15,215 nt of DNA from Nanohaloarchaea archaeon B1-Br10_U2g21 (GCA_001563915.1 LKMP01000017.1:1-15215), one strand, 5' to 3'. Shown: positions 1-7,945, numbered from the stretch's first letter. Numbers and translations are program-made. The notes: a model not told the origin generated them from the letters alone.

Positions 1-2
1 CA

Positions 3-962
3 GATCACTTCGGAGAAGTTATGCGTACTATGGAGAACGAGATTCAGAAAGGTTATATCGGACAAGAGGATGTTATTAACAAAATCATGTTAACAGTATG
101 CGCAGGAGGAAATATTCTTTTAGAAGGCGTACCAGGTCTTGGAAAGTCTCTTCTTGTTGAGCAATTAGGAAGAGTTGTTGAAGGTACTGATTTCAATCGT
201 ATTCAATTTACGCCAGATAAGCTGCCGAGCGATATTGTGGGTGTTGAGGCCTACAACGAGGATAAAGGATTTTATGTCGAGAAAGGACCTATTTTTGCAA
301 ACTTCATTTTAGCAGATGAGATTAACCGTGCGCCGCCCAAGGTTCAGTCCGCGATGCTTGAGGCGATGCAGGAGCACAAGGTATCTATTGGAGACGAAAC
401 GTTCCATTTACCAGAACCATTCTTTACTATGGCTACTCAGAACCCTGTAGAGCAGGGAGGAACATATCCATTACCGGAAGCACAGATTGACCGCTTTCTT
501 TTCAAAATTTATTTAGATTATCCCAAGAAGCATAATGAAGCTAAGATTATTGATATGAACGCGAACATTATGGATGATGAAGATTTTGATGTGAATCCTG
601 TTGTCACAAGACAAGATGTGGCAGATCTTCAGGAGTTCGCAAAACAGGTTACTGTAAGGCCTGAGATCAAGAAATATATTGTTGATCTTGTTTCGGCTTC
701 AAGAGAACCTCAGGATTATGGTTTAGAGTATGCTGATTATATTGCTTGGGGTTGTACGCCTCGTGCAAGCATTAACTTAGCGTTAGCTGGTCGAGCTCAT
801 GCTCTTTATAATAAAAGGCATTATGTGACGCCTGATGATATTAGGGCTGTGCTAGAGGAAGTATTTATTCATAGGATTATTTTGAACTATGAAGGAGAGG
901 CTCAAGGGCTTGAAGTTTCAGATATTATTGAAAATATCGTGAATCGTGTTCCTGTAAGATAA
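3..962 (+). CDS. moxR: MoxR-family AAA+ ATPase, probably 5'-truncated by the window edge
   Basis: Walker A GVPGLGKS, RIQFTPD..PSDIVG, KGPIFAN, Walker B ILADEINRAPPKVQSA, ATQNPVEQGGTYPLPEAQIDRF, and a C-terminal lid with WGCTPRAS and HRIILN. The frame is open from position 3 (DHFGEV) up to the ATG at 21, so the true start may be upstream. Confidence 0.96.
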   Translation, partial: DHFGEVMRTMENEIQKGYIGQEDVINKIMLTVCAGGNILLEGVPGLGKSLLVEQLGRVVEGTDFNRIQFTPDKLPSDIVGVEAYNEDKGFYVEKGPIFANFILADEINRAPPKVQSAMLEAMQEHKVSIGDETFHLPEPFFTMATQNPVEQGGTYPLPEAQIDRFLFKIYLDYPKKHNEAKIIDMNANIMDDEDFDVNPVVTRQDVADLQEFAKQVTVRPEIKKYIVDLVSASREPQDYGLEYADYIAWGCTPRASINLALAGRAHALYNKRHYVTPDDIRAVLEEVFIHRIILNYEGEAQGLEVSDIIENIVNRVPVR

Positions 963-970
963 ATTGGGTT

Positions 971-1369
971 TTAGATTTCTCTAGGGTTGTAGTGGTCAAG
1001 CATCACGTCTCGTCCTTCATATACTGGTTCTGCTACTTGTTGGGGCACATCTCTAGCATCTATAATTTCCTCTAGGTTCTGAGTCACTGCATTTAAGTAG
1101 TTTTCAGCGTATTCAAACTCTTCTCTAATATAATGTCCGTTTTCTTGACTTTCTTCAAGCCATTCTAATACATTTTCTCTGCCTGATTCTTGAAACGCAT
1201 TTTGGATTGCCGACCCTTCATCACTGAAGTTTATGAACCTGTTTTTTACCATGTCATTATAGGCTTCAGGATTTCTTAGAAAGTGTTGAAAATCAGTTGT
1301 TAGCTGCTGGCCATATCTTACATATACTTCAAATGCTCTTGAGTTTAAGTTTAGTTCAGAGTCATTCAT
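971..1369 (-). CDS. Hypothetical acidic, predicted helical protein (132 aa)
   Basis: Intact ORF with acidic composition. Its start overlaps the upstream stop (ATGA, 1366-1369), suggesting translational coupling. No recognised motif. Confidence 0.75.
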   Translation of the reverse strand: MNDSELNLNSRAFEVYVRYGQQLTTDFQHFLRNPEAYNDMVKNRFINFSDEGSAIQNAFQESGRENVLEWLEESQENGHYIREEFEYAENYLNAVTQNLEEIIDARDVPQQVAEPVYEGRDVMLDHYNPREI

Positions 1370-2115
1370 TTTTCTTTCATCTCCATTTGTTCTGCTTTTC
1401 GTCCTAGTTCTTCATTTATCTCTTCTACATAGTCTATTACCTGTTCTCTTGCTTCTGAAGCAAGCCATGGGAAAGCAGTAAAGTGTTCTTCAAAGAAACC
1501 TTCAAGATATTCTCTGTCTTTATCATACATGGCCGGATTATATGATTGTACTGCGATAGTCTTAGCAGGATCTTTATTGGCTGATACTTGTTCATTGAGC
1601 ATGTAAAGGTTTGCTTGTGCTGTCTGAGGCTGAGTCAGTAGATTGGATTTGTTTTCGAGTCTGTTGATTTCTTGAGCTAGTTGCTCGTTTCTTTCTATTG
1701 CTGTTTCTTCTGAGATAGTTTCTGCCTCTTCTGCTTCATGCATATTTTTCCACATTCTATCATTTAAGCCGGAAATTTCTCTGTTGATTTCTGAGGATAG
1801 CTGGTTTCTTTCTAATTCTTCTTCAAGTCCAAAGTGTTGGTCTTCATAAGTTCCTCTTAAGACCTGTATTCGACTTACTATTTTTTCTTCCATTAGTTCT
1901 GGCCACAGATATGTTATTGCGTTCTTGTCAATGAAGTCAGGATCTACTTCGATATAGTCTCCGTTTGTTGCTATAATACCAGGGTAGTCCATATTTTCTC
2001 TGAGTGCAACTTCGAAACCATATTGTTCTGCTGTTTCTACTATATGTTCTCTTAATTCTTCTGTCTGTCCATAATTTTCAGGTTCCAAAGTTCCGTAGGC
2101 TACTATATCATCCAT
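1366..2115 (-). CDS. Gamma-glutamylcyclotransferase (GGCT/AIG2)-like protein with a long helical insertion (249 aa)
   Basis: N-terminal IVAYGTL, then GFEVAL..MDYPGII..IEVD, a later SRIQV strand and an ANLY strand, in the order of the GGCT-like pattern (YGTL / YP / V.G / R..v.v / awvY). Residues about 90-160 look like coiled coil. The ORF is solid; the fold call is tentative. Confidence 0.5.
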   Translation of the reverse strand: MDDIVAYGTLEPENYGQTEELREHIVETAEQYGFEVALRENMDYPGIIATNGDYIEVDPDFIDKNAITYLWPELMEEKIVSRIQVLRGTYEDQHFGLEEELERNQLSSEINREISGLNDRMWKNMHEAEEAETISEETAIERNEQLAQEINRLENKSNLLTQPQTAQANLYMLNEQVSANKDPAKTIAVQSYNPAMYDKDREYLEGFFEEHFTAFPWLASEAREQVIDYVEEINEELGRKAEQMEMKEK

Positions 2116-2133
2116 ATACTACTCTCCCATAAC

Positions 2134-2154
2134 AAACTTTAAATTTGCAAGTTT
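2134..2154 (-). promoter_or_regulatory. TATA-like box (TTTAAA, 2138-2143) inside a 6-9-6 inverted repeat; candidate promoter/operator of the 2115 operon
   Basis: AAACTT (2134-2139), N9, AAGTTT (2149-2154). The TTTAAA lies 23-28 nt upstream of the ATG at 2115, the spacing of archaeal leaderless transcripts. Confidence 0.45.
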
Positions 2155-2237
2155 TTTGGAAGAAGGTTATACACACTAAATTGGTATATCTAAACCTTAA
2201 TCCTATTTTTCAACGCTAAAAGTTGTATTACTTGTTT

Positions 2238-2879
2238 ATGCCGTCAGAAAGTAATTGGAAAAACCTCATCTCCGACAATAATTTTAACCAAGTACGAAAA
2301 GCACTAAGCAATGATTTTACTGCCGAAATTCTAGAAATTTTATCAGATAACCCTATGCACCGACGCGAACTAAGCAAACAATTTGACTGTCACGAAGCCA
2401 CCTTATATCGAAGAGTTGATACTCTAGAAGAAACCGGTCTTGTAGAAAATCAAAACAGTTTCTCCAACCTCCATAACGATAACCTAGATAACAGAGTAAA
2501 AATGCTCTATAAAACTACAGAAAACGGCAAAGACGTATTAGAAACTTACAAAAGTTTTGCCAACGAATATGAGTCTTTTGATAAACTCATAGGCAATAAT
2601 AACGTTTGCTACTTACTTGGAACTGTTAAAGACTCCCCAGGTTTTGAAACAGAAATACAAGAAACTTTGCATGATGCAGGAATCACTATATCTGCTCGCA
2701 CGACAGGCCGACACCTAGAGTTACTATATGATAACGGTCTTTTAGATACAATACCCTCTCAGAAAAGTACTGAAGAATCCTATAAAATAACTGGAATCGG
2801 AGAAGAGCTAATTGAAGGCATTCAAGATATTTACTCCTCCAGTTTACAATCCAGAACCCTCTCTCCAAGCCAGGATTAG
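2238..2879 (+). CDS. Transcriptional regulator with two tandem winged helix-turn-helix domains (ArsR/HxlR-like)
   Basis: Domain 1: KALSNDFTAEILEILSDNPMHRRELSKQFDCHEATLYRRVDTLEETGLVE...YKTTENG. Domain 2: ISARTTGRHLELLYDNGLL...YKITGIG. ATG at 2238 preferred over the TTG at 2223. Confidence 0.85.
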   Translation: MPSESNWKNLISDNNFNQVRKALSNDFTAEILEILSDNPMHRRELSKQFDCHEATLYRRVDTLEETGLVENQNSFSNLHNDNLDNRVKMLYKTTENGKDVLETYKSFANEYESFDKLIGNNNVCYLLGTVKDSPGFETEIQETLHDAGITISARTTGRHLELLYDNGLLDTIPSQKSTEESYKITGIGEELIEGIQDIYSSSLQSRTLSPSQD

Positions 2880-2886
2880 ATGATTC

Positions 2887-2896
2887 TTTTTTTATT
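2887..2896 (+). promoter_or_regulatory. T7 run / TTTTATT: possible oligo-T terminator of the wHTH gene and TATA box of the DUF58 gene
   Basis: TTTTTTTATT begins 8 nt after the stop at 2879 and ends about 25 nt before the ATG at 2921. Confidence 0.4.
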
Positions 2897-2920
2897 CAGG
2901 CCTGCCCTATTCTTCTCTAT

Positions 2921-3808
2921 ATGCGGGAAGAAGATTTCTTTGGTTCGGACGACTTGACCAAGAAAGTAGATGCCGAGGTTAAACGCGTTTCAGATACTTT
3001 CAGGTTCGCGCTGAAATACAAGGAGCAATTTCAGGCATCAGGCATTGAATTCTCCGACCTAAGAGAGTATCTGCCAAGTGATGACGCATCTCGAATTGAC
3101 TGGAAGAACTCTGCCGCTACAGAAGAATTATATGTCAAAGAGTATGAGGAAGAAAAAGACATGGATGTCTTTATCGTGCTAGATGCTTCCGATTCAATGA
3201 TGTTTGGCACCTCAGACAAGTTGAAATCAGAGTACGCCGCCGTTATTGCATCCGCTATAGCTTATGCCTCTGTAGACGCAGGAATCAGTGTTGGGTTCGG
3301 CATCTATGCTGATAATGAATTGACTATGACTCCTGAAGGAGGACAGGTCCAATACCAAAAAATTTTGAACGAAGTTACACGATTTGAGAACTATGGAGGA
3401 GAATTCAACCTAGAAAAAGCCCTAAACAACATTATAGGCCAGATAAAAGCTAATACTGCAGTATTCATAGTTTCAGATTTTATTGATGTTCAAGGAGAAT
3501 GGAAGTCTAAGATGCTCGTGTCATCGAAAAAATTCAGACACGTAATGAACGTAATGGTCAGAGACCTTAGAGATTATAAGCTGCCTGAAGCAGGAAACTA
3601 CAGATTTGAAGACATCTCTACTGGAGAGCAAATGGTTGTCAACACTTCAAAGATTCGAGAAGAGTTCAATAAAAAGGCCTTAGAACAGGAAGGAAAAATA
3701 ATGGACAAAGTAGAGGGAGCTGGAGCTTCAATTATCAAGGTAGATACACGAGATGAGTTCGCAGGTAAATTCGCAGAGTACTTTGATGAGGAGGGAGCTA
3801 ACTGGTGA
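2921..3808 (+). CDS. DUF58 family protein (VWA-like MoxR partner)
   Basis: GIEFSDLREYLPSDDASRIDWKNSA, YVKEYEEE, MIDAS-like VLDASDSM, and FIVSDF. Confidence 0.93.
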   Translation: MREEDFFGSDDLTKKVDAEVKRVSDTFRFALKYKEQFQASGIEFSDLREYLPSDDASRIDWKNSAATEELYVKEYEEEKDMDVFIVLDASDSMMFGTSDKLKSEYAAVIASAIAYASVDAGISVGFGIYADNELTMTPEGGQVQYQKILNEVTRFENYGGEFNLEKALNNIIGQIKANTAVFIVSDFIDVQGEWKSKMLVSSKKFRHVMNVMVRDLRDYKLPEAGNYRFEDISTGEQMVVNTSKIREEFNKKALEQEGKIMDKVEGAGASIIKVDTRDEFAGKFAEYFDEEGANW

Positions 3809-4758
3809 GATTAATATTCACAGACCAATACGCCAACTTACTGCTTTTACTTAATGGATTAATTATACTGATATTTCTCTACTCGAAGAGGAAAAAGAGA
3901 AAAAGAGTAATGAAATTCGGGAACTATGAAGTTATGAAGAAGGTAGCTGAAGGAAACCTGATAAAATCAGATAACATAATAATTATTATCAGAGTATTAG
4001 CAATCTCAGCACTCTTAATAGGCCTCTCAAATCCAGTCATAGTGCAACAAGTGACTGGAGCTGACGCTGACTACGTATTAGCTCTTGACGCATCAGGTTC
4101 AATGTTTACCTCTGATGTTGAACCAACACGCTTTGATGCAGCAAAGGAGGTAAGTCAAGAATTCGTAGCTGGTCTCGGAAACAGCACCTCTGTAGGCCTA
4201 ATCTCTTTCTCAGGAGAAGTAAATGAAGAAAAAGAAATCACCGACGATCTCTCAGATGTTCAACACAGCATCCAAAGCTTAGAAATGGGAGATGAAGCAG
4301 GCGCAGCCACCGGCGACGCAATATCTTCAGGAGTATCAATGATGATAAGCTCTGAAAGATCTCGTGAACTAGTATTAGTGACTGATGGTCGTCAAAACGT
4401 AGGACAAACCATTAACGAGTCCGCAGATTTTGCGGCACGCCAAAATGTTACAGTCCACTCAATAGGTATAGGCGATGGAGAAGTAGACGAACAAGACCGC
4501 TATGGAATGGTGTCTGGCGAGAATGCTACTCGCGCCGATTTCCCTAACTTAAATGAAAATGATCTATTAGGTCTTGCAAACCAAACAGGCGGAGAAACAA
4601 TTTTTGTATCTGATCGAGAAGGCCTTGAAACCGCTTTTGTCGATTTAACTGAAGATGAGGCAGAAAGAGATATTTCCAGATACTTAATATTACTTGCAGG
4701 GTTTTTACTAATTCTTGAAGCAGTAGTACGAACTACTGACTTCCAGATCATACCTTAA
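3805..4758 (+). CDS. Membrane-anchored von Willebrand factor A domain protein (BatA-like)
   Basis: Two N-terminal TM helices, MIDAS LDASGSM, DVEPTRFDAAK, ATGDAI, LVTDG, VHSIGIG, LANQTGG, and a C-terminal TM. GTG start overlaps the DUF58 TGA (GTGA), with GAGGAGGGAG upstream. Confidence 0.93.
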   Translation: MRLIFTDQYANLLLLLNGLIILIFLYSKRKKRKRVMKFGNYEVMKKVAEGNLIKSDNIIIIIRVLAISALLIGLSNPVIVQQVTGADADYVLALDASGSMFTSDVEPTRFDAAKEVSQEFVAGLGNSTSVGLISFSGEVNEEKEITDDLSDVQHSIQSLEMGDEAGAATGDAISSGVSMMISSERSRELVLVTDGRQNVGQTINESADFAARQNVTVHSIGIGDGEVDEQDRYGMVSGENATRADFPNLNENDLLGLANQTGGETIFVSDREGLETAFVDLTEDEAERDISRYLILLAGFLLILEAVVRTTDFQIIP

Positions 4759-4771
4759 AGTATTATTTAAG
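4758..4771 (+). promoter_or_regulatory. TATA-like promoter (AAG-TATTATTTAAG) for the 4794 gene
   Basis: TTATTTAAG at 4763-4771, 23-31 nt upstream of the ATG at 4794, preceded by purines. Confidence 0.5.
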
Positions 4772-4793
4772 CCCTCCCAATTGATTTCCAGAG

Positions 4794-6287
4794 ATGAGTG
4801 ATGTCGAAAAACTTTCAACGGAAAAAGTATCAGAGCTTGTTACTAGCGATGCCTCTGAGTTTAAGGACAAAGTTTCAGACACCGATTTGAGCGTTGAAAG
4901 TCTTAAGGAGTTAAAAAAAGCTGAGGCTGCCGGACAAGATAGAGAAGAAATATTGAAGTTTATAGACAGCAAAATTAATGCAGGCAATGTTGCAGTGCAT
5001 TTGGGTACTGCTAAAGATGATGTAGCTGAACTAGAAGAAATTATAGAATTCATAGAGGAAGTAGAAGATATAGAAAATTTTGAAAAAGATTCTATAGAAA
5101 TAGACCAAAACACGTTAATTGATCTTGTAGGCGGCACCGTTAAAGAACTGAAAAAATTTGTGAGCGAGAACTCCTTGACTGCAGAACAAATAGATAACAT
5201 CCTAAACGCTGAAAGCAAAGTCAAGGACCGTAAAACCGCCAAATCATTTCTAGAAGCTGAGTTAAGAAAGAGGAAAATGGCGCAAGATACTTCAAAAGTC
5301 AAAGAAGATATAGACAGTCTCAAACATGATCTCAAAGAGCTTGAAGAAGATTCTGACGCAGAAAACATCGACTTATCTCCTAACTCAGAAAATGTTGAAG
5401 ACTCAAAAGAAAGTCCTGAAGAAAAATCGGAAGAGGAAGAAGACGAACAAGAAAAAGATGAATCCGAAAACACAGTTGAACAGGAACATGAAAGAAACAG
5501 AAAGAATGAGTCTTCAGAAAAAGTCGCTGACTCAGAAGAAGAGGAACTAGACTCAGAAGATGATAATCTCGAAGAAAAGCGAGATATTGCGGAGGAGTTA
5601 GGCCTAGATATTTCTGATAAAGATCTCGAAAAGTTCTCTGTAGAAGATTTACATAATGTTCTTGGTGAAAAGAAGCATAGAACTGATTTAATAGATTTTC
5701 TCAAAGGCAAAGGTCTTGAAAAATCTACCTTAAAGGCTTCTAGTACTAAAGATCTTGAGAAAATAGCGGAAGGTTTTGAGGATGAAGACAAAAAGGAAGA
5801 CCATGAAGAGATGCGTGAAGAAGCCGAAGAAGATTTAGAAATGTTAATGGGAGCTGTGAGAGGAAAAAATAATGAGGAAGAAGATGAGGAAGACGCAAAA
5901 GATACTCGAGAAAAGCTAAGTGATTTGAAGGAAAGTATAACTGAGAAATTGAATAGAAATAGCGGAGATGAAACCGCTTCTGATGGCATCGACCCGGGCC
6001 AGGTAAGCGAAGTACTGGATCAGTACAGTAATCTGGGCGATGAGGAAGCTGCTGTGAAGACTGCTCACGTTATGAAAGGTTTTCTTGAGCAAAGCCTAGC
6101 TATTGAGCGGGAGATGACGTACAAGGAGTTAGCGGAAAATATGCCAGTAGACGATAATGAAGATGTAGAAGCTCTAGCAGAGTTCTTTTTGAAGATGCAC
6201 CGCGAACAGTATACAGGACAATTCAGTATAGAAGATGTAGATTCAACTATTGATATATGTGAGAACGTTCTAGAGACTTTAAGTTAA
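4794..6287 (+). CDS. Highly acidic cytoplasmic protein with internal repeats and a C-terminal DUF4129/DUF4381-like helical domain (497 aa)
   Basis: Two roughly 96-aa N-terminal repeats, a D/E-rich linker, a second short repeat pair, and C-terminal MKGFLEQSLAIEREMTYKELAE...LAEFF...EQY. No signal peptide or TM. The ORF is solid; the domain name is tentative. Confidence 0.8.
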   Translation: MSDVEKLSTEKVSELVTSDASEFKDKVSDTDLSVESLKELKKAEAAGQDREEILKFIDSKINAGNVAVHLGTAKDDVAELEEIIEFIEEVEDIENFEKDSIEIDQNTLIDLVGGTVKELKKFVSENSLTAEQIDNILNAESKVKDRKTAKSFLEAELRKRKMAQDTSKVKEDIDSLKHDLKELEEDSDAENIDLSPNSENVEDSKESPEEKSEEEEDEQEKDESENTVEQEHERNRKNESSEKVADSEEEELDSEDDNLEEKRDIAEELGLDISDKDLEKFSVEDLHNVLGEKKHRTDLIDFLKGKGLEKSTLKASSTKDLEKIAEGFEDEDKKEDHEEMREEAEEDLEMLMGAVRGKNNEEEDEEDAKDTREKLSDLKESITEKLNRNSGDETASDGIDPGQVSEVLDQYSNLGDEEAAVKTAHVMKGFLEQSLAIEREMTYKELAENMPVDDNEDVEALAEFFLKMHREQYTGQFSIEDVDSTIDICENVLETLS

Positions 6288-7945
6288 CCAAAAGGTAGTA
6301 GGCCTGGTGGCATCGCACCATAGTATGCAGAAGCCAGATAAATTATTATGAATGCTTCTCCGACTACTAAAAGTACTAAAGGCACTTTAACAGTCATATT
6401 GTGTATACCATATTTTTTAGTCATTAAAGCGTAAATTAGAAGTAATACAGTCCATAAAGATGCAACTATAGGTACCCTAAATTCCTCAGGCACAACTCCA
6501 ATTTCTTCTCTTACATCAATATCTAAATCTGCAAAAGTAAACTCTCCCTCTTCTGAAGACACAATAACCGTAGACTCGCACTCTGTTACTTCATCTGTAG
6601 CATCAAAACCGATATCAACCGAAACCTGTTCTTCAGGACTTAAGGTCTCTAATGTTTCAGCCTCATATTCTCCACAATCCTCAGAGTTCTGCAATTCAAC
6701 AGTTACATCATTCAAGTCTTCCTCCCCCATATTTTCGAGAAGTATAGGTATGTTTCGCGACTGATTCATCTCAAATGCAAGATTTCTAGGAGATTCTTGA
6801 ATAGCAAGTGATCCAACGAAGATATCTTGAGTTACGTCTACGTTAATATGCTCTATAGCTACGTCTTCCTCATCTATAGATGCATATACAGGTATCTGAT
6901 ACATTCCTGGAGAAACATCTTCACTAGGGTTTACGTAAACCTCTCTCTCCAAAGACTCGTTTACTTCAAGCGATTCTATATCTGCATCTTGAGACTCCCA
7001 GTCCTCGTTATCGAATCGTGGCTCAAGATTCATCCCATCAATATCTTCCTCTCCAACATTTTCGATTTCCATACCCACCTCTGTAAATCGCCCTCTAGGA
7101 GCCTCATATGTTGTGTTCAATGGTTGCATACTGACACTAATCATTGGAACGGGACTAGGCGATGGATCTGGCTGTGGCACTTCAGTTTCTCCTGGATCCG
7201 GACTATCACCAGGGCGTGGTTCTGCATCATCATCTGTCTCATCAGCATCAGCATCAAGCTCTGCATCATCCTCTAGATCGCTTTCATTTGCATCAGTATC
7301 TATTTCTGCTGTATCATTCAACTCTTCCTCTTCTGCATCTACATCTACATCCAAATCTACATCATCGTCTTCTCCTACGTCATCAGGAATTACCCCGTCA
7401 CCATCTACAAGTATTACCTCAAAAGTTCGATTTTCTTTTACAGTCCCCGACTCATTACCACAGTTGTAATCTATGTCCGCTCTACCCGTATAGTTTCCTG
7501 AAGGATAATCCGCCCAGAACTCTAGCATAAAGTCCTCAAAGCGGCCTGTTATAGTTTCATTACCATCTTCATCAGTTTCAATAGACGTTTCAGTAGAAAG
7601 CTCAGTATCAAAAGAATAATTTGCTGGCTGATTATCATCCGGAGGAATAACGTATTCAGTATCATTTTCAGGCATATCCAAAGTTCTGTTCTCATGAGAC
7701 GTAACACTCAAATTAAAGGCCACATCAGCATCGTGATTACCTTGATTCGCAAGAGTTCCTGAAAAGTAGCCTGTACCATTAGTACCTATCACCTTATGAT
7801 CCTGTGTGCCGATTCCTGGCTGTTCAAAATCATAGAGCGAAACCTGACAAGACTCGCTGACTGAAACATTTACATCTGTATCTTGAGAAGCTGCAGCTAG
7901 AATTACTAAACCAGTTACTGCCAAGACTAAGACGAATTTTTTCAT
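6284..7945 (-). CDS. Secreted, membrane-anchored cell-surface glycoprotein with CARDB/NEW3-like Ig folds (553 aa)
   Basis: Signal peptide MKKFVLVLAVTGLVILAAAS. Acidic and Pro-rich linker. Two Ig-like repeats (IENVGEEDIDGMNL...LEVNES...VSPGMYQIPV; LENMGEEDLNDVTV...LSPEEQ). Two C-terminal TM helices. Many N-x-S/T sequons. Confidence 0.85.
   Translation of the reverse strand: MKKFVLVLAVTGLVILAAASQDTDVNVSVSESCQVSLYDFEQPGIGTQDHKVIGTNGTGYFSGTLANQGNHDADVAFNLSVTSHENRTLDMPENDTEYVIPPDDNQPANYSFDTELSTETSIETDEDGNETITGRFEDFMLEFWADYPSGNYTGRADIDYNCGNESGTVKENRTFEVILVDGDGVIPDDVGEDDDVDLDVDVDAEEEELNDTAEIDTDANESDLEDDAELDADADETDDDAEPRPGDSPDPGETEVPQPDPSPSPVPMISVSMQPLNTTYEAPRGRFTEVGMEIENVGEEDIDGMNLEPRFDNEDWESQDADIESLEVNESLEREVYVNPSEDVSPGMYQIPVYASIDEEDVAIEHINVDVTQDIFVGSLAIQESPRNLAFEMNQSRNIPILLENMGEEDLNDVTVELQNSEDCGEYEAETLETLSPEEQVSVDIGFDATDEVTECESTVIVSSEEGEFTFADLDIDVREEIGVVPEEFRVPIVASLWTVLLLIYALMTKKYGIHNMTVKVPLVLLVVGEAFIIIYLASAYYGAMPPGLLPFG
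7223..7357 (-). repeat. Three degenerate 15-aa (45-bp) acidic tandem repeats inside the 553-aa protein
   Basis: DLDVDVDAEEEELND / TAEIDTDANESDLED / DAELDADADETDDDA. The plus strand is rich in gcatca/acatct hexamers. Confidence 0.6.

Noticed and set aside
955-2890. Possible target-site duplication or att sites around the islet (TAAGATAAATT vs TTAGATGATT)
   Set aside because: Too short and mismatched in AT-rich DNA, and no recombinase or tRNA is nearby, so it is not called a mobile element.
2686-4751. Short minus-strand ORFs at 2686-2868, 3031-3219 and 4500-4751
   Set aside because: Fully antisense to well-supported wHTH, DUF58 and VWA genes; no motifs.
5326-5550. 74-aa Lys-rich plus-strand ORF
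   Set aside because: Alternate-frame reading of GAA-rich sequence inside the 497-aa gene.
4763-5989. 408-aa Ser/Phe-rich antisense ORF
   Set aside because: Shadow of the acidic 4794-6287 gene. In this frame an antisense stop needs a sense codon starting TA, or CA after a T, and the sense protein has no Tyr and few His/Gln in its first roughly 400 aa.
7200-7400. CRISPR-like or non-coding repeat array
   Set aside because: Repeats are degenerate, in-frame and coding, with no constant repeat / unique spacer structure.
6827-7530. Three plus-strand ORFs (149, 118, 122 aa), including His-rich and Ser-rich ones
   Set aside because: Antisense shadows of the Asp/Glu-rich low-complexity part of the 553-aa gene; composition unlike this acidic proteome.
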